DNA from: Eledone cirrhosa
Taxonomy: Eukaryota
Assembly (NCBI GenBank): GCA_964016885.1
Contig: OZ024740.1
Coordinates: 413,726,001 to 413,790,000, forward strand
Reading direction: 5' to 3'
Length of the DNA stretch: 64,000 bases
Below, piece by piece: positions 29,716 to 43,432 of the stretch (positions are counted from its first letter, which is position 1; every line of letters starts with the position of its first letter). The translations under genes were made by a program, and so were the position numbers. Below the pieces are notes generated by a model that saw only the letters and a program-made list of their open reading frames with translations, searched no databases and was not told where the DNA came from.

Positions 29716-30078
29716 CTGATGGTAGCTAAGATGCTTCCATAGGCGGTATGCCGGTTGAGCACTCTATGTTCTTACAGAATATATGAAACGAAAAATCAGT
29801 GATGCATCTGAACTCAATTTATTGTGTGTTACAATTGTTTCGCCGGCGAAGAGCTTTAGACTCGATCATTGTGTGGATCTGTTTGATTCCGGATCCGCTG
29901 GTTCGACGGGCACATCTAATGATTACGGAGCAAATTCTCCGAAATCATTGAGGTGTGTCCGTCAAACCTGCGGATCCAGAGTCAGACAGATCCACACAAT
30001 GAACGTGTCTCGAGCTGTCCGTCGGCGAAACAATTGTAACACGCAATAAATTGAGTTCAGATGCATCACTGATTTTTC

Positions 30079-30082
<4 letters not shown>
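29716..30082 (-). mobile_element. Mini PLE-like insertion related to 26656-27050
   Basis: Same tail (GATGCTTCCATAGGCGGTA) and arms carrying GAAACAATTGTAACACGCAATAAA. Confidence 0.8.
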
Positions 30083-30140
<58 letters not shown>

Positions 30141-30146
<6 letters not shown>

Positions 30147-33100
30147 ATACTTGGGGAGGGTCATATTTGTGTAATATTGCCAGATTTAATAACAGAACAC
30201 ACTCACTGTTTGGTTGGTTTTCGCTTCTCGCTTCTGTGTCTTTTATATCGGTAATCTAACTTACTCGGTCCTCAATGTTGCCATTGACTGACCGACGGTC
30301 AAAAATAATACAGATACAATATAGACAAAAACACATATATATAGTTTATCATAAATCTTTCGTTGCACATCTGCAACATCGTCAGTGGTGTTATATCTTC
30401 CTCCTGTTGTATTGTATGTCTACGCCATTTTTATTCAGTCTGTCTATATATTTATTTATTTATTTGCTTGTTTGTTTATTTTATTTTGTCTTCTTTGCGC
30501 ATGCGTTTGCGTGTGTGTATAGTGTTTTGTTGACTAGTGTGTGTTTATGTGCTTGTGGTTATTGTGCTTGTGTATGTGTTTATTTATTTATTTATTTTAT
30601 TTTATTTACTTATTCATACTTCTCTTAGGTCAGTGTTGTTTGTTTGGGTGTTGTTGTTATTCCATTCATTCTTTCTGTTTAGCCTTGGTCTTCTAATTTC
30701 TATTTCACTGGCCTCTCTGATTTGCCTATCTGCTGGGTCATTTCTATGTTTAGATTTTATTCTAATTTCTATGTTGTCTATGTTACCGTCATGTTGTTGT
30801 CTAGCATGTTCGTATAGTACTGACCCGTTTTTTCGTCATTTTAGTTCCCCCCAGTGTTGGTCTATCCTTTCACCTATGCTACGAGCTGTCTCACCTATGT
30901 ATGTTGTTGTCATGTTTCTGCAAGTACCCTCTGTACATCTTATGCTATAGACTACGTTTCTGGTTTTACAGTTTATCCGGGGGTTCACCTTACATATGAT
31001 ACATTTCCTATTGGTACAGTGGGTTTTCTTAAAAGGGTAGGTTTTGCTGATCAGGGATTTTATGGTGGTTCCTGGCTTTTCTAACACTTTTATTTTAGAG
31101 TGGCTCTTTGTCAGGGCCTTTCTACACTGGTTAGCTAATTTCCCTCCAGGGGTGGCGTCCACAAACATGACACTCTGGTATCTCTGGTTGTCGTACCATG
31201 AGGTGGCTTTCCCTATCTTATGTCTAGCCCTATCTAAGCTATTCCATGATTTGCTCCTGTATAATGGGCAAATTCCTTTCATGTCCAGTTCCATGAGGGT
31301 CTTATACTTTTCCATGGCTCCAGAGAACTGCATGCGGTTGATGAAGTGTTGGATGTGTCTTTCCATTTCTGTTGGGTCGCACATACGGGACACATTCTTC
31401 ATCACTCGTACCAAATCTGCGATCAGAATATTAAACTTAGCACTACTGGACATTGCTGAGATTTTGAGTATCAGGTATTTGGAGGCCATGGGTTTAGCAT
31501 AGTGTGAGTGGAGAATTTGGGCTCTATCGTCTATAGTGTTAATCCAGAGTTCTGTGTCTAATACAGGTAGTCTATTGTTAGGGTGTTTGGAAGGGAAGTC
31601 GATAGTTACAGTTATATTCTGGTGTATGGAATTAGCTATCTGCTGGATGCTTTCCATCGTGCTACGTTCTATATCAAACTTGTTAGTGCTCTCTAGTGGG
31701 GGTGTTCTTATAACTATATTGATATCGTCTACATAACGAGAGTACATGATGAGGTCTATGGAGCTCTCATTAAGGAGATCTTTAAGTCTCCTTTCCCACC
31801 ATACCATGAAAAGGTTGGCAACATCACCAGCTATGCTGACGTCGATGGCTGCTCCCTCATTTTGGGTGTAGATCTTCTCGTTGAACTTAAATATGTGGCC
31901 CTTTAGGGTAGTTTTGATACTAGCCCCTATTGCATGGGCGACCATTTTTCTTACCTGATCATTGTTTTGGGGCGGTCCGTATAGCTTTGGTCCACCCAAT
32001 CCACCTTCCCATGGGAGTCTTTTTTGCCATTGAGGTTATGGTGGGGGGTCTACCTCTTATAGGTCTACTAGGGCAGAAACATCTAAGGTCATGGCTGTCT
32101 AGGTAGTCAGTGTCGTAGGTAAGTCTAAGTAGGAGGCCTAGTTCGTCTGTGTCGACGTCGCAGAACTCCACCTCACTCTCAATGATCATCTCTACACATC
32201 TTTTCACAGCAAAATCAATGTTAATGGATGGGTACAGTGACACCACATCCATGCTGCCTATTATGCAGTTGGGTAGGCTCCTGTTTTTGTTGCACTCACT
32301 GATTCTGCTGAGGAGGTCCTCTGTACTGTCACATACATCTGGGGACATCTTGATTATGGGGCGTATAACCATTGAGAGGAAGTAGGAGATCCTGTAGTTG
32401 CTAGCTATATTAGCTCCGCATACGGGTCTTGTTGGTGGTCCTGTTGTCGGGTCGTCGACTGTCTTGTGGTCTTTGCGGGGCCCATACAAGGGTGGTATGC
32501 CATTGTTAGACGCCTGGAAGTTGTTGGCAGTGCGTCTGCTTGGCTTTAGGATGTCAGTCCACATCATCATGTGAGCGTTGAGGATTTTCTCTCTCCCATC
32601 GTGTGTTTGTTGTGCAATTTCGCTCGTGTTGGTGATGTGGGGTTGCATAGCCTCGATGTAGTTCGGCATGCTATCTATTGACATCCTACCAGACTTATCC
32701 GTGAGTAGACATACTACCTCACTATCCCTTGTGCGCTGCTTGAGGCTAACCAAGCCTTCTACAGGTTTCCTACCAAGTTGTTGGGCCTCTTGTCTGCTCT
32801 GTTTCTTAGTATACCTGTCTACTATTTGTCTAATCTTATTTCTAGCTATGGTGAACTGTGCCTCTGTCTCGTCATCTATTTGTTGTGGTATGCAAACTCT
32901 TTTATTAAAGGGTAACCTCGTAGGATAGATATTACCCATCTTATATGTTTTGTCAGCTGGGTTGAAAAATAGTTTCTCTAAGGGGTTGTCATTATATCTA
33001 TCGTCATAGTTGTGTGTGTTGCTATTATTGTTATCATGGTGGTTGTTGTTGTTTCTATCATTAGCATTATTATTATTGTTATGATTGCTAGATGTATTGT

Positions 33101-34119
33101 TGTTTACTTCACCGTTATTGTTGTTGTTGTTACTGTTATTTCTACCATTGTGGTTGTTACTTTTATTATGTTTCTTGTTTTTCTTGTGTCTATCATTGAT
33201 GTTGCTACATGTACTATTTCCATTATTACCACTGTGGTTATTGTTGTTGTTGTTCGTATTGTTGCCGTTATTACTACTGTGGTCGCTGCTGCTGTGTCTG
33301 TGGTTAATGTTTCTATTATTATTATTATTGTGGTTGTTGTTGTTCTGTCCATCGCTAGTATTATTACCATTATCACTATTTCTCACTTTCCTGCTATTGT
33401 TATAGTTATGGCTGTTATTTCTATACTCAGAGTTATTGTTTATATTACTACTACCGTTATTATTGTTGTTGTTGTTTACCTTTGCATTCCAACGTATTTT
33501 TGTGAAACACTTTTCCAGCTCCGTTTTGCACTCCATAGGGTTAATCTTTTTGTAGATGGCAAATTTTGGTGATAGCCGCAGGATTTGTTGTTCTTGTTCA
33601 CTGATTAAAGTGTTCCCATAGACATTTACTGTGTGGTCATTGGTAAATTCTTCCGGTAGTTTTACATCAGTCATACGGATATTGTCGATGTTATCTGGGT
33701 ATTTTTGAGAATATTCGATTTTCCTTTCTTGTAGTTTTTTCTTATTTATCCATTCTAATTTCTTATTGAAATACCTATTGCATTCGTTTCGAGCGTATTT
33801 CGTTTCACGTCGGATGACGCTCATGAAGTTATCTCTCTCGTTTGCTGTGATGAGATTTCGGATTTCCTTACCGTTAATGCGTTTCTGTCTGTAAAGTGCG
33901 TTGACTTTTGTGTATGTTGTTCTTTTCATATTAACTGTTATTGTGTGTTTTAGTCGTTCGGCTTGTGTTTTGTTCAATAATAAATTATTTACTTGTTTTG
34001 ATATGTTTGTTGTGTATGTTTTGGAGGAAACACAGTGTTTTAAGAAGCGGATTTGTTCTGTTGTTATTGTAGTTTTTATATAACAGAAAACAATGTCTTT
34101 CAATAACCTTTCAGCTTGG
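30141..34119 (-). mobile_element. PLE family C (Neptune/Nematis-like), arm with 3' terminus
   Basis: ORFs 31959-~34119 (LSPKFA, DKSGR, GSMDVVSLYPSI) and 30836-31999 (YSRYVDDI, LPVLD, CxxC knuckle, VVYSIRC..YIGETARS). Clade assignment is tentative. Confidence 0.88.
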
Positions 34120-35612
34120 CATAACAATAATAATAATGCTAATGATAGAAACAACAACAACCACCATGATAACAATAATAGCAACACACACAACTATGAC
34201 GATAGATATAATGACAACCCCTTAGAGAAACTATTTTTCAACCCAGCTGACAAAACATATAAGATGGGTAATATCTATCCTACGAGGTTACCCTTTAATA
34301 AAAGAGTTTGCATACCACAACAAATAGATGACGAGACAGAGGCACAGTTCACCATAGCTAGAAATAAGATTAGACAAATAGTAGACAGGTATACTAAGAA
34401 ACAGAGCAGACAAGAGGCCCAACAACTTGGTAGGAAACCTGTAGAAGGCTTGGTTAGACTCAAGCAGCGCACAAGGGATGGTGAGGTAGTATGTCTACCC
34501 ACGGATAAGTCTGGTAGGATGTCAATAGATAGCATGCCGAACTACATCGAGGCTATGCAACCCCACATCACCAACACGAGCGAAATTGCACAACAAACAC
34601 ACGATGGGAGAGAGAAAATCCTCAACGCTCACATGATGATGTGGACTGACATCCTAAAGCCAAGCAGACGCACTGCCAACAACTTCCAGGCGTCTAACAA
34701 TGGCATACCACCCTTGTATGGGCCCCGCAAAGACCACAAGACAGTCGACGACCCGACAACAGGACCACCAACAAGACCCGTATGCGGAGCTAATATAGCT
34801 AGCAACTACAGGATCTCCTACTTCCTCTCAATGGTTATACGCCCCATAATCAAGATGTCCCCAGATGTATGTGACAGTACAGAGGACCTCCTCAGCAGAA
34901 TCAGTGAGTGCAACAAAAACAGGAGCCTACCCAACTGCATAATAGGCAGCATGGATGTGGTGTCACTGTACCCATCCATTAACATTGATTTTGCTGTGAA
35001 AAGATGTGTAGAGATGATCATTGAGAGTGAGGTGGAGTTCTGCGACGTCGACACAGACGAACTAGGCCTCCTACTTAGACTTACCTACGACACTGACTAC
35101 CTAGACAGCCATGACCTTAGATGTTTCTGCCCTAGTAGACCTATAAGAGGTAGACCCCCCACCATAACCTCAATGGCAAAAAAGACTCCCATGGGAAGGT
35201 GGATTGGGTGGACCAAAGCTATACGGACCCCCCCCCCCACACACACACACACAAAAACAATGGTCAGGTAAGAAAAATGGTCGCACATGCAATAGGGGCT
35301 AGTATCAAAACTACCCTAAAGGGCCACATATTTAAGTTCAACGAGAAGATCTACACCCAAAATGAGGGAACAGCCATCGGCGTCAGCATAGCTGGTGATG
35401 TTGCCAAACTTTTCATGGTATGGTGGGAAAGGAGACTTAAAGATCTCCTTAATGAGAGCTCCATAGACCTCATCATGTACTCTCGTTATGTAGACGATAT
35501 CAATATAGTTATAAGAACACCTCCACTAGAGAGCACTTACAAGTTTGATTTAGAACGTAGCACGATGGAAAGCATCCAGCAGATAGCTAATTCCATACAC
35601 CAGAATATAACT
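34120..35612 (+). mobile_element. PLE family C inverted arm, cut off by the next element
   Basis: ORFs 34093-35271 and 35199-~35612 are near-identical to the minus arm. Confidence 0.88.
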
Positions 35613-36930
35613 GGCGAGGTCTGCCGACTTATCAAGAGGATACCTCATTTTACTAGCCTCAAGAACGCGTCTACACGACGTGAGAAAGAATCCCAAAAGG
35701 CGGAGGGGGAGATAGTCACGCGATATAACGGTCGAGAAACAGAGCTAAGCCTCTTATAACCCCGAAGAAAATACCACGGAGGCGGAGGGGGTATTCATAT
35801 CGAAGCCGTAGAAGAGGTGGTGAAGGAGCGGAGAAGTATGAGTAATGGCTGCTTTCCAGCAGTCACTAAACTTCAAAGGTTGCGCATGTATCTGTGTGTT
35901 TCTAAATATATTGTTAATAACTCCCTCTGGTCGAGCAACCTTTGAAGTGTAGTGATTGCTGGAAAGCAGCCATTACTCATACTTCTCCTCTCCTTCACCA
36001 CCTCTTCTACAGCTTCGATATGAATACCCCCTCCGCCTCCGTGGTATTTTCTTCGGGGTTATAAGAGGCTTAGCTCTGTTTCTCGACCGTTATATCGCGT
36101 GACTATCTCCCCCTCCGCCTTTTGGGATTCTTTCTCACGTCGTGTAGACGCGTTCTTGAGGCTAGTAAAATGAGGTTTCCTCTTGATAAGTCGGCAGACC
36201 TCGCAAGGACTCTATATCTTTATGATGTATTGTTTTTGTTTATGCCACGAAACTACGTAGTCAAGGAATCTAGGAGCAGTTTAGGTATGATACATTTTAT
36301 TACTAATTATATCTAAATGTTTCTTCTCTCTTCATAATGTATTTTTAACTCTGATACTGGTTCAGTCTGGTTCAACCGGATTGGTCTGTCCCAGTCATTC
36401 ATTGAGCAACATCGGTGAGGTTGGCACCCTTAACTCACGGTTGGGTGTGGATGCATTCATGTATATGTGTGTGTCCGCATGTATCTGTGTGTTTCTAAAT
36501 ATATTGTTAATAACTCCCTCTGGTCGAGCAACCTTTGAAGTGTAGTGACTGCTGGAAAGCAGCCATTACTCATACTTCTCCTCTCCTTCACCACCTCTTC
36601 TACGGCTTCGATATGAATACACCCTCCGCCTCCGTGGTATTTTCTTCGGGGTTATAAGAGGCTTAGCTCTGTTTTTTGACCGTTATATCGCGTGACTATC
36701 TCCCCCTCCGCCTTTTGGGATTCTTTCTCACGTCGTGTAGACGCGTTCTTGAGGCTAGTAAAATGAGGTATCCTCTTGATAAGTCGGCAGACCTCGCAAG
36801 GACTCTATATCTTTATGATGTATTGTTTTTGTTTATGCCACGAAACTACGTAGTCGAGGAATCTAGGAGCAGTTTAGGTATGATACATTTTATTACTAAT
36901 TATATCTAAATGTTTCTTCTCTCTTCATAA
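35613..36930 (+). mobile_element. Retrozyme-like non-coding tandem element (593-bp unit, ~1.8 copies) with inverted arm 35613-35879
   Basis: GAAACTACGTAG at 36249 and 36842. Hammerhead-like TCCTC-TTGATAA..GAAAC-TACGTA-GTC-GAGGA at 36771-36860 (AAGGA in the copy at 36178-36267). Confidence 0.75.
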
Positions 36931-36956
36931 AATACACATATATATATATATATTAT

Positions 36957-37019
<63 letters not shown>

Positions 37020-37021
<2 letters not shown>

Positions 37022-37147
37022 CGAAGGAAGCATGGTAAGGAACCAGATCGACCATAACGTACTGGATACCTTGGGTAGTAGAGTGGGTTCTGCGATCTAG
37101 TTGTCTAAAAACCACCGATGCTCAGCCGTTGGGGTCCTGACTCTTTT

Positions 37148-37191
<44 letters not shown>

Positions 37192-37281
37192 AAAAGAGTC
37201 AGGACCCCAACGGCTGAGCTCCGGTGGTTTTTAGACAACTAGATCGGAGAACCCACTCTACTACCCAAGGTATCCAGTACG

Positions 37282-37282
<1 letters not shown>
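37020..37282. repeat. 22321-family fragment duplicated as a fold-back around (TA)n
   Basis: 37057-37150 is inverted at 37188-37282 with a pure (TA)n spacer. Confidence 0.85.
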
Positions 37283-37339
<57 letters not shown>

Positions 37340-40309
37340 TATGGTAAATATCTTTAAGACGTTTGGAAGCCTCGACAATGTAAATGGGTAAATCTCCGGG
37401 TAACAAGATCCGGTGGTGGAGAGAGAGATGTAAGTGGGTGTACGTTGAGATGCGTGGTGTGTATAAGAAGTGTAGAGGAATGAAGGAAAGAGTATAAAGG
37501 ATAAAATAAAAATAACAACACGAGAGAGAGTTACCTTGGGAGAGATTTAATTGTCCCTATATATTTCGGATTCACATCCATCAACTGGGGGTATTTTCCG
37601 TGGTGGGGGAAAGGTTGTCTGTTGAAAAGGTGCGAAACGCGTCCTTCGCTGTTTGTTGATTTGAATATCTGAGGTATTCAGCAGAGCGCGCGTGCGCGTG
37701 GAATGGGGTCGGTCGGGCAGAGGTCAGCGGCCGAATGTGGGAGTAGGGTGGCGCAAGCTGTCAGTCCATTCTCTGCCTGTTTGTTAAATGTTACTCTGTG
37801 TGTATGCGTGCGTGTGTTGTTGTCTCGCTTGAGTGTGTGTGTGTACGTGCGTGTGTTGTTGCCTTGTTCCTCTGTATTGGCAGTGTAGTATGTTCGTATG
37901 GTGGAATGCTACTGTGTGTGTGTGTGCGTGTGTAATTGTCTCGTGTGTGTGTGTGTGTGTGCGTGTGTTGCTGCATCTTTGTTAACTTAAACCAGCCACC
38001 TCATTTCGCTTCTCTCGGATCGATTGTTTATTTGCGGTTCCAAGCGTTTGATAAAAAGTGCTTCCTTGATACGTAACGTGCCGACGTTTCTTTCAGTCGC
38101 TAGAATTGTGACAATGGGCCTTCCTTCTTTGTTTCCGCATTTGTCTATGTGTTTCCGGAAAGACGAGGCCCTGGTTTTAGTGTGTTCCTTGATCCGGATG
38201 TGCAAAGATCGGATTGTGCTACCTATATAGTATTGGTTGCACCTGTCACATTCTATCTTATACACGACGTATGTGCGTAGGCAACAGTTCGCATGGCGTA
38301 TCGGGCAGTCTCTGGGGAGCAGGCCTTAGTAGATTCCCGGGTTTCCTGGAGAGGCATCTTCGCAGTGAGGGGCCCGAGTGAGCCAGGTGGATGCCGAGGC
38401 CCTCCCTCCGTATAGCCTTGCGGATAGCGTTGGTGGTATTCTAGCCCAGGTGTGGCATTTTAAGGAAGAACTTGCCTTGGGTGCCTCTCTATCTCTTGTG
38501 TCTGGTGTCTCCTACTCTGTCTGTGAGCGAGGTGGGGTACCCGTTCGGCTCCAGCACCTCGAAGAATCGCTTGGTATGAGTGACACCACTCGCGGGATCG
38601 CTGCATCTGTTTTTGATTCGCGCGATCTCGTTCGTGATGTATCCGCTTTTGGCACTGTTAGGGAGGGCGGACTTGTAGTGAACGAACAGGTCCCTGCAGG
38701 CTTCCTTTCGGTAGAAGTTGCAGTGGATCCTTCCCTGTTCCGTGATGTTGATCCGGAAGTCGAGGAGGGCAAGTGACCCGTCTTCGTTGGGGTGTTCAAC
38801 ACTGAAGTCAATGTTCTCGTCCGTGTTGTTGAACGTCTCATAGATTCTGTTCGCCGTGTCTTGGGAAGATGTGAGGATGAGGATATCGTCCACGTACCTT
38901 GAGAAAAAGGCGAAGGCGTTGGGGTGGCAGGCGTTCAGTGCCTTGCGCTCGAGGTTGTCCATGTAAGAGATCGCTAGCACACCCGTCAGACTTGATCCCA
39001 TGGGCAATCCCGAGGTTTGTTGGTATGTTTGTCAAGCAATCCGAAGTAGGTGTTGTCGACGACGATGGATAGGAGTTGCTGGATGTCAGTGGTGGTGAGC
39101 CCGAAGCAGTGTAGGTCGGTGGATTGGACGCGTTCCATCAGTATATTGACGGCCGGAACCGAGGTGTAGAGAGCGACTACATCAAGGCTGAAGGCATATC
39201 TGTTATTCCTTCTGGTGTCGGGATCCATTTGATGCAGGCGCTTCAACACCTCCTCGGAGCTGTTAACGTGTCTAGACAAGGTGTCTAAGATGGGTTTGAG
39301 TATTCTGGCTAGGAGCCATGAAATTTTGTAGAGTGGTCCCTCCACGCTCGATACAATGGGCCTGATCTTCAGGTTGGGTCCCTATTTGTGTGTTTTCACG
39401 AGGTGGTAAAAGGCGGGTAGTCTGCTGTTCCTCGTGAGGAGGTTGTATCTCAGCTTCTTCGGGAGCTTCCGCCGGTCGCAGATGTTGGTCCAGGCGGCGT
39501 TGATGTGCTCTTCTATCTGCGCGGGAGTGATTCCCGTGACCTTGGAGTAGAGGTTGTCATCGTCAAGGTGTTGGAGGGCCAGCGTGTTGTAGGCCTCTCT
39601 GCTGATGACGCAGAATTCTTTTCCCTTGTCGGAGGGGAGATAGATGAGGTTCTTCGATTTTAGGTTGGAGAGAGTGGTGAGTTGAGATTTGGTAAGGTTA
39701 TGTGTTGTGCGTGTGTGTGTGTGTTTGTGAAGTATATCCGAGATGGAGTGTTTTAGCCTGATGAGTTTAGTGTCGAGTTCGTGGTTGGTGGGTGGGGGTG
39801 GAGTGGGTTTTCGGGGTTGTAAGTGGGGAACTTGGGGTGGGTTGCGTGGTCGCTGTTATTTTCTGTGGCGCTGTTGATTTAAGTTGGTAAGCGGCTCGAC
39901 AAAAGTTGGCCTCGATGTTGAGTTTGAGTCTGTCGTCGAGACGTTGTGAGACGATGAACTTGGGTCCGAGGTGTAGGAGTTTCAGCTCGTCGCTCGTGAG
40001 AGTGCCGGTTAGGTCGGTGACCAGGTGCGTCGCATCGTTGAGGTGTGGTTCGGTGTTGGTGGATGCGGCGGTGGCGGTTGTTAAGTTGTTGTTTTCCACG
40101 TGGTTCTACTCCATCTGTTCGTTAGTGTCGATGTTCTCGTTGCGGCGTTTCGACAAGATGCACTCATATTTTCGCTTGAGCCGTTTTTTCTCGTATTGGA
40201 CTCTGGAGTGGTAGCACTGGTCGATTGCTTTAGTGATTTTCAGGAGCAAGTCACCGGGTGCTATTGACAGTCGATGTGTCCGCTCTGAGAGTGTCCGCTT
40301 ATGGACGGT
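37340..40309 (-). mobile_element. Poseidon-like PLE family E, decayed, with 3' tail
   Basis: LGPKF, RPIVS, FSLDVVALYTSVP, PMGSSL, SRYVDDI, LALLD, YKIECDRCNQYYIGSTIR..IKEH and LRIKEALFI..PQIN in ORF pieces 37987-40099. Confidence 0.9.
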
Positions 40310-41171
40310 CAGAGACTGCACGATACGCCATGCGAACTGTTGCCTACGCACATACGTCGTGTATGAGATAGAATGTGACAGGTCCAACCAATACTATATA
40401 GGTAGCACAATCCGACCTTTGCACATCCGGATCAAGGAACACACTAAAACCAGGGCCTCGTCTTTCCGGAAACACATAGACAAATGCGGAAACAAAGACG
40501 GAAGGCCCATTGTCACAATTCTAGCGACTGAAAGAAACGTCGGCACGTTACGTATCAAGGAAGTGCTTTTTATCAAACGCCTGGAACCGCAAATAAACAA
40601 TCGATCCGAGAGAAGCGAAATGAGGTGGCTGGTTTTAGTTAACAAAGATGCAGCAACACACGCACACACACACACAAACGAGACAATTACACACGCACAC
40701 GCACACACATACACAGTAGCATTCCACCATACGAACATACTACACTGCCAATACAGAGGAACAAGGCAACAACACACGCACACACTCACACAGTAACATT
40801 TAATATACAGGCAGAGAATGGACTGACAGCTAGCGCCACCCCACTCCCACATTCGGCCGCTGACCTCTGCCCGACCTACCCCATTTCACGCGCACGCGCG
40901 CTCGGCTGAATACCTCAGATATTCAAAACAACAAACAGCGAAGGACGCGTTTCGCACCTTTCCGACAGACAACCTTTCCCCCACCCCGGAAAAAAACCCC
41001 AGTTGATGGATGTGAATCCGAAATATATAGGGACAATTAAATCTCTCCCAAGGTAACTCTCTCTTGTGTAGTTATTTTTATTTTATCCTTTATACTCTTT
41101 CCTTCATTCCTCTACACTTCTTATACAGACCATGCATCTCAACGTACACCCACTTACATCTCTCTCTCACC
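40310..41171 (+). mobile_element. Family E inverted arm (GIY-YIG plus 3'UTR, lacking the tail)
   Basis: Reverse complement of ~37416-38313. Hammerhead-like CCC-CAGTTGA-TGGA..TCC-GAAATATATA-GGG at 40997-41032. Confidence 0.88.
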
Positions 41172-41370
41172 AACGAAGGAAGTGTGATAAAGAACCAGGT
41201 GGACCACAAAGCCCCAGAGTACTCAATACTTGGGGTATTAGAGTCGGTAAGAGGAAAATGTTCAAGACCCCGACGGCAGAGCTCAAGCTGTTTCGACGGC
41301 TATTTCTGGGTCAGAAATACCTGTAGAAACGGCTTGAGCTCTGCCGTCGGGGTCTTGAAATTTGTCCTAA
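41172..41370 (-). mobile_element. Mini hairpin+tail insertion (22321 family)
   Basis: Same tail and the GACCCCGACGGCAGAGCTCAAG hairpin. Confidence 0.82.
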
Positions 41371-41402
41371 ATATATATATATATACATATATGTATATAT
41401 AG

Positions 41403-41485
41403 TAATTGTTTCTACTTTTGGCACAAAGCCAGCAATTAACCAGTACATTACTGGTACCTTATTTTATCGATCCCGTAAGGATGAA
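41403..41485 (-). mobile_element. SINE 3' fragment
   Basis: Reverse complement of the 3' end of the 20096 family, cut off by the family F mini-insertion. Confidence 0.75.
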
Positions 41486-41600
41486 TAGTAATAATAATAA
41501 ATTTGAAGACTAAATTCCAAAGAGGGCTCGATAAGGATAGATATATATAAAAAATATAAAAACCGTAGATTCTTTGCCTAACCTTTAATCTGTTATTTTA

Positions 41601-41610
<10 letters not shown>
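41486..41610. mobile_element. Ultra-short two-arm insertion of family F
   Basis: Inverted tail 41486-41569, then direct TTCTTTGC..TTTTAATAAATAT ending at the same point as 10465. Confidence 0.8.
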
Positions 41611-41658
<48 letters not shown>

Positions 41659-41660
41659 AG

Positions 41661-41729
<69 letters not shown>

Positions 41730-42525
41730 GAGAGAGAGAGAGAGTGAGAGAAAGAGAGAAAGAGAGAAAGAGAGAGAAAGTTTACGGCAAATGTTTTAAT
41801 ATTTCTCAGAAGCATCATACCGTAACGCTTGCGCAATAATATAAGACAAATCCTTTAAACAGGATTCCATTCCGCATATACTTTTCTGTGGAAGCGCAAA
41901 CTTCACGCGATACCCATTATTTCGGTTTAATTAGCTGAAATTTTGATGGCGTAAAGCTGTCACATCTAACTGTCATTTGAATTTCAACCTACAGTTATGT
42001 AAAAAATGATAGCAGAAAAATGACCAATAGGCGTAGATGGAAAACTGGATAAAGAATTACATGGATTGCGTTTACTAATCAAAAGTTGTTTTAGAGAAAG
42101 CAGTGATTTGAGAAAACATGTTGATAACAATTTTGAACACGATATAAAATAATCACTCAATTTTGCGGTGAAATTATTTTTAATCTCTCTTGGACTAAAA
42201 TAGAAAATGCGAAGGAAATAAAATAATAAATATTAAAACGTATTCAAAATATATACAAAATGTATTCAAACTAAATTTATACCCTACATACATACATGCG
42301 TACATACAAACAAACATACATACATACATTCATACATACATACGTACATACATATATACATACATACAAACATACACACATACGTACACGTACATACATA
42401 TATACATACATGGTGAAATATGGTTGCAATATGTATTTATTTGTGTATGTATACATACATATATATATATATACATACATATACACACACACAGACACAC
42501 AGACACACACACATATGAAAATACA

Positions 42526-42603
<78 letters not shown>

Positions 42604-43010
42604 GTACATACATATATGTGTACAGACGCACAGTAGTATGTATATATATACATACTACTGTGCGTCTGTACACATATATGTATGTACGTATACATACTTA
42701 TATTTAGGTAACAGCCGTACTAAGAGGGAGAAATGAAATTTCGTTTCATTCTTTTCCATCTATATATATATAGATATAAATATAAATTAGCGATGATCGT
42801 ATTTCGGCTATTGGAAATTAGCGAAAAACAACTTCCGAGATGTGTGGCAAGCGCTCAATAGATTCTAACGAACCAGAGTTACAACATACGTTAAAAGGCC
42901 AAACACACTGAGACGATGGTTAAACCATTATCCGCACAGCCATAGAAACGACCAAGTAATTCGGGTCAAACAAATAAAATATGATTGAAAAAAAAAATAT
43001 ATATATATAT

Positions 43011-43154
43011 ACACAATATACAATATATTAACAAATGGAAACTATATTTATAAAACCATATTTATTTCATTATACTCCAATAATGTGTTGAGTGCTTTAT
43101 ATCAGTTATAAAAATATTTTGCTTGTTGTATCCCAACAAATTAAATATAACCTC

Positions 43155-43158
<4 letters not shown>
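43011..43158 (+). mobile_element. Mini insertion related to 47770-48150
   Basis: Shares AAATGGAAACTATATTTATAAAACCATATTTATT and a tail containing CCAACAAATTAAATA. Confidence 0.7.
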
Positions 43159-43214
<56 letters not shown>

Positions 43215-43218
<4 letters not shown>

Positions 43219-43382
43219 GTTATTCCGGGTTGAATCGGAGGTAACCACAGTAAGTAAGGTACTCAATACATTGCAGAGTATAAAAGTTTTAATATAGATG
43301 AGATTCTACAGGACTAGAACTGTTTCATATGATTTCTAAAGAATGAAACAGTTCTAGTCCTGTAGAATCTCATCTATATTAA

Positions 43383-43387
<5 letters not shown>
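43215..43387 (-). mobile_element. Mini hairpin+tail insertion (11066 family)
   Basis: Reverse complement of 11891-12073. Confidence 0.8.

Positions 43388-43432
<45 letters not shown>

Noticed and set aside
31959-34193. Hydrophobic signal-peptide-like N-terminus of the 744-aa ORF
   Set aside because: It is antisense read-through of the inverted arm's poly-Asn tract across the 34120 junction.
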